From Girardia tigrina (Eukaryota), in assembly GCA_001938485.1 (NCBI GenBank), contig MQRK01249112.1, forward strand, positions 106,604-165,189: a DNA stretch of 58,586 nucleotides, given 5' to 3'. Numbering within the stretch: the stretch's first letter is position 1; each line of letters opens with the position of its first letter. Shown piece after piece: positions 52,046 through 58,586 of the stretch. The translations under genes were made by a program, and so were the position numbers. Below the pieces are notes generated by a model. That model saw nothing but the letters and a program-made list of their open reading frames with translations, did not search any database and was not told the DNA's origin.

Positions 52046-53292
52046 CTATACAATTAAATGAAGGAGAAAATCGAGTATTAAAAGGTTTTGTTGCTACACA
52101 ACAACAACCTTTGAATGAACATCAAAAATATTTTGATTATTTACGAAAAAGTTTGGCACAATCCTCACTAGCAATCCATGAATACAATCGTCAAGAATTG
52201 GAATATAAAAGCGGTATAACCGATTTTCAAACATCAATGTCGAAAATGTTCCAACCTTTAATGACTGGATTACAAGGTCCCATCACAGACAGAATCTCAG
52301 CTCTAAAAACCAAAGTTGTTAAATTGGAAAATGATTTGAAACGATTTCTTGAAGTTGATATAAAGAATTATGATAATGTGAAATCCAAATCTTTTTTTGT
52401 TCAATATCAACAGGAATATTTACTCATTCAACAGGAATTAGCTCCGATAATGCAGGAAATGATTGAGAAATATCCACAAGATAAGGAATTTATCACCAGT
52501 CATCATGAGATAACAAAAAAATTATTAGAAGAGTTGGCACAGAAATTGGGAACGAAATTCGAACCTCAACAATTATCGCAAGCTGCTCCCTTTTTGGAAA
52601 TATTCTTTATTACAAGATATTATGAAAATTTCGGATCTTCTCCGATGTTGCGTCCAACGTTTGGAAGAAATGCCGAGGGAAAACAATTTATGACATTCAA
52701 TAAATATATATTTATTCTCATGAACGAGGGTGGAAAATATTATTTCGTGAGAAATGATAATCGGGTTCGGGTAGAGCTTGATGAGATTTTTAATAATATC
52801 CTAATTGGTAATTATGAAATTATTTTCAATAAAAGTTATACTCTGGAAGAAAAACATACATCATTTGACAAGTATTTATCATTTCTATTAAATAATGGAA
52901 TAAACGCTCGAGAAAGAGATTATTATTATACTAAACTTTGTTTTGATGCTTTTAATAAAGCTGAAGGATTAGTAGGAGAATTTGCGCAACCACTAGGATA
53001 TCCGAAAAAGGAAAGAACATCATCATTACCACGGTTACGATCACAAAAAGGAAAACCAAAAGAAAAATATTTCGATGCTCCTCAATCACCACCACCTGAA
53101 GGACAAGGAATACCTAAAGATCCGATTTCAATGTTTTCGTATTTGTATAAATATATCGCTGCAAAGAAGGCTGGTCATGATGGTTTGGATGATAATATTT
53201 TGAATATTATGAAGAAATTAAGACGAAAAAAATTATTAACAAAAGAAAAACAAGAGGAATTATTGAAAAAAATATTTGATAAAAATGGGTGA
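52042..53292 (+). CDS. Conserved Polinton-type protein of unknown function
   Basis: The C-terminal GQGIPKDP..MF..L...AAKKAGHDG...I..I...L resembles a GxG..DP..L..A..AG[NH] motif I recall from animal Polinton ORFs. Confidence 0.55.
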   Translation: MTIQLNEGENRVLKGFVATQQQPLNEHQKYFDYLRKSLAQSSLAIHEYNRQELEYKSGITDFQTSMSKMFQPLMTGLQGPITDRISALKTKVVKLENDLKRFLEVDIKNYDNVKSKSFFVQYQQEYLLIQQELAPIMQEMIEKYPQDKEFITSHHEITKKLLEELAQKLGTKFEPQQLSQAAPFLEIFFITRYYENFGSSPMLRPTFGRNAEGKQFMTFNKYIFILMNEGGKYYFVRNDNRVRVELDEIFNNILIGNYEIIFNKSYTLEEKHTSFDKYLSFLLNNGINARERDYYYTKLCFDAFNKAEGLVGEFAQPLGYPKKERTSSLPRLRSQKGKPKEKYFDAPQSPPPEGQGIPKDPISMFSYLYKYIAAKKAGHDGLDDNILNIMKKLRRKKLLTKEKQEELLKKIFDKNG

Positions 53293-53311
53293 CTCGCTTC
53301 GCTCGCCACGT

Positions 53312-53340
53312 TTTTTTATAATATTTCATATTATAAAAAA
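53312..53340 (+). promoter_or_regulatory. Pre-start hairpin 2
   Basis: Perfect 13-bp stem TTTTTTATAATAT-ttc-ATATTATAAAAAA directly before the penton frame. Confidence 0.6.
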
Positions 53341-54341
53341 TTGGTGAGAGTAGTGGATTTTCTACAACGTTTACAATTTCTGCTGCGAAATCGGAAATTA
53401 AAGTGCAACTACCTGTTCAGTTGAATCTGGATCCAAAACATAAATACGAAATCGGATTAGTTTGGTTCTCNNNNNNNNNNNNNNNNNNNNNNNNNNNNNN
53501 NNNNNNNNNNNNNNNNNNNNGGATTAGTTTGGTTCTCGACTTATAACTTGGTTGCGAATATCACTGAAACGAATAATTCGTTTTTATTAATCTATAAGGG
53601 TAAAGAATTTCCAGCTGATAAAAAATTTAAAAATGTGAATAAGATTGATGATCCTGAATTTGTTTATCTAGATTTAAAACTGAAACCAGGATCAAAAGGA
53701 TTCAAGGAAATCAATAAAGAAATCGGAGATCTAACGCAACAAATTATTCAAGTGAAAACGGATGAGAAAACTGCAAAATCAACAATTGTTATACCCGATA
53801 AATATGCACTAGAATTCAATCAGCAGTCATTCCTGCATTCGATGCATGGATTTGANNNNNNNNNNNNNNNNNNNNNNNNNNNNNNNNNNNNNNNNNNNNN
53901 NNNNNACTAGAATTCAATCAGCAGTCATTCCTGCATTCGATGCATGGATTTGATTCGAATAATAATAATTCATATTGGCTTGAAGTTAGTATAAAAGGTC
54001 CAGTGAAAGATTATGAATCGAAATTTACTTTTCAGATAACGGATATAAATATCTGTAATATTGATTGCAATATCGCAAATGGTGGATACGTTTCGTTTGA
54101 TGATGAAAATAAAGAAAATGAGAATGTGAAGAACTCTAATATTATTTATTCGTTTCCAGCGTTTACAGTTCCAATCGGCTATAAAATCAGTGAGCGACCA
54201 TCCTTCGTAACTTATTATCCGGTATACATTTATCAAATAAATGATTTCACTGTGAGAATTATTGATAATAAGGGGCGTTTAATAGATTTCCAAAATGAGA
54301 AAATAAATATGTGTTTACGCTTGAGACAAAGTGTATTATGA
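53340..54341 (+). CDS. Minor capsid protein (penton, single jelly roll); split by two artefactual gaps; starts at ATT
   Basis: SEIKVQLPVQLNL..KYEIGLVWFSTYN..NITETNN; later IDCNI..G, IYSFP..VPIGYKISERP..YYPV, VRIID.KGRLIDF. Sequences flanking both N-runs are duplicated. Confidence 0.85.
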
Positions 54342-54388
54342 AAATGATAGCTCAGCGAAGCCTCGTGATTTTGAATAAAATCAATTAA

Positions 54389-54426
54389 TGAGTAGAATTT
54401 TTTTCTACGAAAACAAATTCTACTCA
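54389..54426 (+). promoter_or_regulatory. Pre-ATG hairpin 3
   Basis: TGAGTAGAATTT-TTTTC-tac-GAAAA-C-AAATTCTACTCA; ATG at 54430. Confidence 0.65.
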
Positions 54427-54429
54427 AAA

Positions 54430-54927
54430 ATGATAGAATTTTACAATCTCGAAGACATAATGCAAATGTTCGGAGTTGACACTTCAACGAATATTCAACT
54501 TGAAGATTGGGCAAGAAAATTAAAAATTGAAATACAAGTTTTGATGGCTGATGAAGTGGATAAAAAAATAAATAATAAAAAACTTAGTATAATAAATTAC
54601 CAGGATTCAGATGAGAAAGGGAGTCATTGGGTGGGATTTTATAATGGAAAAGTGAAAAATGAGAAAGTATCTTATGAGAATGAAAACGCGACGAAGGAGC
54701 CGGTTTCATTCTATTTTGATCCGTATGGAATAGAACCTTTACCAGATTTTCCAAAATGTATATATAATTCAGTACAAGTACAACCCTTCGGAACACGATT
54801 ATGTGGACAATTGAGTTTATATTTTTTATTTAAAATGAATCAGTGTGAATGCAATAATAAGGCGCAAAAATTTGATGATATAATTGAGGAAATGTTAGAT
54901 TGTTTATGGCCAGAAACACTTCTATGA
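54430..54927 (+). CDS. Adenain-like (C5) maturation cysteine protease
   Basis: IINY..S..GSHWV (His), FYFDPYG (Asp), QVQ....LCG (Gln/Cys). The start is placed at the ATG after the hairpin. Confidence 0.92.
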   Translation: MIEFYNLEDIMQMFGVDTSTNIQLEDWARKLKIEIQVLMADEVDKKINNKKLSIINYQDSDEKGSHWVGFYNGKVKNEKVSYENENATKEPVSFYFDPYGIEPLPDFPKCIYNSVQVQPFGTRLCGQLSLYFLFKMNQCECNNKAQKFDDIIEEMLDCLWPETLL

Positions 54928-54950
54928 TTTAATTTTATAAAATGGGTAAC

Positions 54951-54990
54951 TGAGATGATTTTTTTTTCTTTTAAAAACAAAATCATCTCA
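54951..54990 (+). promoter_or_regulatory. Pre-ATG hairpin 4
   Basis: TGAGATGATTTT-TTTTT-ctttt-AAAAA-C-AAAATCATCTCA; ATG at 54995. Confidence 0.65.
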
Positions 54991-54994
54991 AAAA

Positions 54995-55603
54995 ATGAAT
55001 TATATTCCTGTGAATAAATTAGGAATGGTAATGCAGATTGGTGGAATGAAAGAGAAAATAAATGAAAATATTGAAGCAAATAATCGGAAATTGGATAAGA
55101 TATTTGTGAATACAGAAAAATTAGAGGAGAATAATAAAAAGTTGGATAAGATATTTGTGAATGAGCAGGGAAATGATGATGTTGAATCAATGCGAGTAAA
55201 AGAATCATTAATTGTTAAAGATAAAGATATTTATCAGGAAATAGATTCAATAAATAAATTTAAAAAATTTGTCATCAATCCATTGAATAAAAATGTTAGT
55301 GAGAATACGAAAAAGATTGATAATATTAATGAGAATATGAAAAAAATTGAAGAAAAGATTAATCAGAATATTCTTGAAAATGTTAAAAAAATTAATAAGG
55401 ATATTGAAAAGATTAATCAGAATATTCTTGAAAAAATTAATAAGGATATTGAAAAGATTAATCAGAATATTCTTGAAAATGTTAAAAATATTGTTGAAAA
55501 AATTAAAATGATAAATAAAGATATTCTGAATGTGGAAAAGAAAATAAAATTACATGAAAACTGTTTGAAGAAATGTATAGAAGAAATTAAGAAACCTAAA
55601 TAA
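54995..55603 (+). CDS. Coiled-coil repeat protein, putative fibre/spike
   Basis: N-terminal VNKLG; repeats of KINQNILE(NVK)KINKDIE and KLDKIFVN. Confidence 0.5.
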   Translation: MNYIPVNKLGMVMQIGGMKEKINENIEANNRKLDKIFVNTEKLEENNKKLDKIFVNEQGNDDVESMRVKESLIVKDKDIYQEIDSINKFKKFVINPLNKNVSENTKKIDNINENMKKIEEKINQNILENVKKINKDIEKINQNILEKINKDIEKINQNILENVKNIVEKIKMINKDILNVEKKIKLHENCLKKCIEEIKKPK

Positions 55604-55605
55604 AA

Positions 55606-56151
55606 ATGTATGTGAATAAATTGGGAGAATCTTGGTTGGACGCGGAATACGTCAATGAGAGTGGAGATCAGATTCCCGATTTGGAAGTTGGGAATTTGGT
55701 TGTTGATAATCTTGTAGTGAGGAGTCTTCATCAAAATCCGATAGGAGATTTAAAATTGAAAATTAATTTTAATTATTCAGAAGAAGTTAAAAAACAGGAG
55801 AAAGATTTAAAAGTATTAGATGTATCTTTGAAAATAATAGGAAAATATTCTCAACGATATAAATTCGACTTTTCCAACTTTGAAGGGGAAATAAATGAAG
55901 TTGATGAAGAGGAATTAAAAAAACATAATATTGAAGATATATTAAAAAAATTAACTTTTGAATATATCCATAGAATAATTATTGAAGTAAAAGATTACAA
56001 AAAAATAAAAGGAGGAGGAGGAATTATAGTATCCAAAGATGTTATTGTTAAATACGAATATTATAACTGGGTGGAAATAAGGAATTTTGAAAATTATTTT
56101 TTTAATCTTCATATTCCACCGTTGTTTTTAAGAAAAAAAAATATTTTATGA
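55606..56151 (+). CDS. Viral protein with N-terminal VNKLG, putative fibre-related
   Basis: Starts 2 nt after the previous stop; MYVNKLG; LEVGNLVVDNLVV beta-repeat-like stretch. Confidence 0.5.
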   Translation: MYVNKLGESWLDAEYVNESGDQIPDLEVGNLVVDNLVVRSLHQNPIGDLKLKINFNYSEEVKKQEKDLKVLDVSLKIIGKYSQRYKFDFSNFEGEINEVDEEELKKHNIEDILKKLTFEYIHRIIIEVKDYKKIKGGGGIIVSKDVIVKYEYYNWVEIRNFENYFFNLHIPPLFLRKKNIL

Positions 56152-56830
56152 CTACTGAAAATGAGATAACTTTTTTTAAACATTTAAAAGCATTAGAAGA
56201 AAAATTAAAAGAAAAATTAGATTTAGTTTTTTTTATAATATGACTTTTTATTCATTTGAAAAATATGTAAAAGAATTAAAAGAACGGGAAGTTAGGATAA
56301 AATTGGAAAAAGTAGGAGAAAAAAGAATTCAAATATTGAATTCATCTGATTCTGAATCGATGTATATTAATTTTTATTTGAAAAATAAAGTGGAAAGACT
56401 GGAAGCTCGGATACAGACATTGGAACAACATTTGAAAAAATATACACATGAAATAATTAATCACCAGGAACAGACAAATGAAATTATTTTTCAAAAATTT
56501 ATTAATAAATTCATAGTGAATTCATTGTTAAGTGTTGAAGAATTGAAAATTATTAAATACTCATTTGCTGAAATATTTGAAATGCATATATATAAATTTA
56601 TTGTGAATCTATATGATGAAAATTATAAAATCGTAAAAGTAATCCACTTGACAAATATCAGTTTATTCGGGAATTGGGAAATTAAAAATAAAAAATATTA
56701 TGTTATATTCAATAATACGATTAATAAGTATTATGTTTTTCAATATTTCATATTTTATTATTATTTATTTTTCAAATGGAAATATGTTGTAAATACTTTC
56801 GAAGTAAAAAAGGAATTGATAAGAAAATGA
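56148..56830 (+). CDS. Viral protein of unknown function; probable homopolymer frameshift at the T8 run 56227-56234
   Basis: An ATGA-coupled start (MTTENEITFFKHLKALEEKLKEKL) connects to the 56240-56830 ORF through the T-run. Confidence 0.45.
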
Positions 56831-56857
56831 GTGACTCGCTTCGCTCGCCACGTTTTC

Positions 56858-56895
56858 TGAGATGATTTGTTTCTATAAAAACAAAAATCATCTCA
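56858..56895 (+). promoter_or_regulatory. Pre-ATG hairpin 5
   Basis: TGAGATGATTT...AAAAC-AA-AAATCATCTCA; ATG at 56899. Confidence 0.65.
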
Positions 56896-56898
56896 AAA

Positions 56899-57543
56899 AT
56901 GGGCGAAGAAATGAAAACTTCTGTGGAAGAAAATGTTTCGTATCCTGATTTGTACATGGAAGAATTTTTACAAAAGTATAATAAACCGGTAACTCCTGAA
57001 ACTTATAAAAAAGAATTGAATACTTTGCATGTTCAGTATTTTAAGAAAGATTTGGAATATTTAAGTGAGCATATTGCTCATTATCAGAAATTACATAAAA
57101 GATGGAAACGAATTGCTATAACAGTAAAATATTGTAATGGGATATTAACTTTCGTTGGATCTGTTGGAGCNNNNNNNNNNNNNNNNNNNNNNNNNNNNNN
57201 NNNNNNNNNNNNNNNNNNNNNNNNNNNNNNNNNNNNNNNNNNNNNNNNNNNNNNNNNNNNNNNNNNNNNNNNTAATTTAATAACTTTGAAAAAATTGAAA
57301 AAATATCGAAATTATTTACGAACATTAGAAAAGACTAATGATGAATTATTTATGTTTCATAAGAAAGCATTGAGTGATAATTTGATAACTGATGAAGAGT
57401 TAAAAATGAGTAAAGATATTTTGGAGAAGTGTAAAATAAATATTGGAAAATTAAATGATGGACAAAAGAGAGAGGATAAAACGAATACTTTAATTACAAA
57501 TGATCATTTGGAAAAATTGAGAATATTATTAGAAAAAATATAA
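56899..57543 (+). CDS. Putative membrane protein of a Polinton accessory family
   Basis: A hydrophobic segment starts at IAITVKYCNGILTFVGSVG (rest in the gap), followed by KKLKKY...KALSDNLITDEEL. Confidence 0.55.
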   Translation: MGEEMKTSVEENVSYPDLYMEEFLQKYNKPVTPETYKKELNTLHVQYFKKDLEYLSEHIAHYQKLHKRWKRIAITVKYCNGILTFVGSVGXXXXXXXXXXXXXXXXXXXXXXXXXXXXXXXXXXXNLITLKKLKKYRNYLRTLEKTNDELFMFHKKALSDNLITDEELKMSKDILEKCKINIGKLNDGQKREDKTNTLITNDHLEKLRILLEKI

Positions 57544-57567
57544 AAATAAAATTTTAAATAAAAAAAA

Positions 57568-57909
57568 ATGGATAAAGAAATATTTATTTGTGATATATGT
57601 AATTTTAAAGGATTAATACAAAATAAACAGAGACATTTGAATAGTAAAAAACATCATGTAAAAACGAATTTTGAAAAAGTTTATAAAGCTGTTAAAAATA
57701 ATTCCAATTCAGAAAATAATAATAGTAATTCCGATCCTGAATATGAATATAATCTAAATATTGGGTTTAATCCAAATAATAAATATAATCCAAATAATGA
57801 ATATAATCCAAATAATGGGTTTAATCCAAATAATGAATATAGTTATTCTGATCCTGAATATATACCGAATACAGAAAATAGTTCCTTTTGTGATGATGAA
57901 AATGAATAA
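57568..57909 (+). CDS. C2H2 zinc-finger protein with NPNN(E/K/G)(Y/F) repeats
   Basis: CDIC..........HLNSKKH; 18-bp tandem repeats at about 57766-57840. Confidence 0.65.
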   Translation: MDKEIFICDICNFKGLIQNKQRHLNSKKHHVKTNFEKVYKAVKNNSNSENNNSNSDPEYEYNLNIGFNPNNKYNPNNEYNPNNGFNPNNEYSYSDPEYIPNTENSSFCDDENE

Positions 57910-57992
57910 AAATTTAAATGGTCATAAATAATCTAATATTTTTAATTTGTTAGTCTAATATAATTTTTATTTTCAGCAATAAAATAACCATT

Positions 57993-58016
57993 AGCTATTC
58001 TTCGGAATAGCTTTTT
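57993..58016 (+). terminator. Hairpin AGCTATTC-TTCG-GAATAGCT followed by a T-run
   Basis: Perfect 8-bp stem with a C(UUCG)G loop, intergenic, followed by TTTT. Function is inferred only. Confidence 0.4.
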
Positions 58017-58056
58017 GGCACCCGAATTGGGAAATGCTATAATATTTTTAAAGAAA

Positions 58057-58586
58057 ATGTCCATAAAATTTTTACAAAAGATGAGTTTAAGAAGAAGATC
58101 AAAAAAATTTGATATTTGGGATGAAGAGAGTTTAAATTTAGAGTGGTTATTCTTATTACCTGAGATAAATAATATTAATGAGAATGTTGATTTGAGTATT
58201 GATGTTGAAGATGATGAAGAAGAAATTGAAACAGATACCGAATCCAATAATATTTGGCGGAATATTATTGGAAGAGATATCGATTTCAATTTTGGTGATA
58301 GTGATGATGAAAATTTTATTATAAAAATAAAAAAGAAAAAAAAATTAGACGAAGAGGAAATGAGTACAGATAATGATTGTGAATCTTTAGACGGAAATAA
58401 TATTGTGAATGAAAATCCATTGTATTGTTCATATTGTAGAAAACATTTTAAAAATAAATCTGGAATTGGTTCACATAATAGAAGTATACAACATATAAGA
58501 AATGTGAATCTTCAAGGAATTGAAGGAGAAGGAATTGGAGAAGATGAAAACATGGAAATAGTTGAAAATGATGAATGCTCTTATCT
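58057..58586 (+). CDS. Acidic, C2H2 zinc-finger-containing ORF open at the window end (possibly the N-terminus of pPolB)
   Basis: Not in the supplied ORF track because it has no stop. MSIKFLQKMSLRRRSKK...CSYCRKHFKNKSGIGSHNRSIQH...QGIEGEGIGE. Confidence 0.6.
   Translation, partial: MSIKFLQKMSLRRRSKKFDIWDEESLNLEWLFLLPEINNINENVDLSIDVEDDEEEIETDTESNNIWRNIIGRDIDFNFGDSDDENFIIKIKKKKKLDEEEMSTDNDCESLDGNNIVNENPLYCSYCRKHFKNKSGIGSHNRSIQHIRNVNLQGIEGEGIGEDENMEIVENDECSY

Larger units (their letters stand above)
46367..58586 (+). mobile_element. Endogenous Polinton/Maverick (adintovirus-like) DNA virus; left-truncated and running off the right edge
   Basis: Dense intronless cluster with ATPase, PLA2, rve integrase, DJR major capsid, minor capsid and adenain protease. 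No TIR or pPolB domain is seen in the window. Confidence 0.93.

Noticed and set aside
53452-53953. Apparent duplications and three separate ORFs in the penton region
   Set aside because: Identical sequence on both sides of 50-N gaps indicates unmerged contig overlaps; treated as one gene.
57942-58289. Minus-strand 115-aa ORF and other antisense ORFs over viral genes
   Set aside because: These are shadows of the plus-strand coding frames with low-complexity, non-protein-like composition.

Overview
This is AT-rich eukaryotic genomic DNA with scaffold gaps. A triclad flatworm-like host is inferred from the ~43-60 nt introns, the NeSL-type retroelement and the mariner content; this is not proven. 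Bases 1-46 kb are mostly degraded transposons (hAT, Tc1/mariner, pogo, piggyBac MITE, Penelope, NeSL, Ty3/Gypsy) surrounding five coding exons of a host CEP63/DEUP1-family centriole gene (24552-42156, 3' end not seen). From about 46.4 kb to the window end lies a nearly intact endogenous Polinton/Maverick-type (adintovirus-like) virus. It encodes a packaging ATPase, a PLA2-integrase fusion (split by a 1-nt frameshift), major and minor capsid proteins, a pX-like core protein, an adenain protease, putative fibres and zinc-finger ORFs; no pPolB domain is visible in the window. The most unusual signal is the viral gene-expression layout: operon-like gene blocks, each led by a conserved AT-rich hairpin ending at AAAATG, plus a repeated 26-nt GC-rich motif and a recurrent T-rich AAG-AAA-ATG start context. 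A second notable item is a pol-less LTR element whose Gag appears fused to a ubiquitin-like domain.
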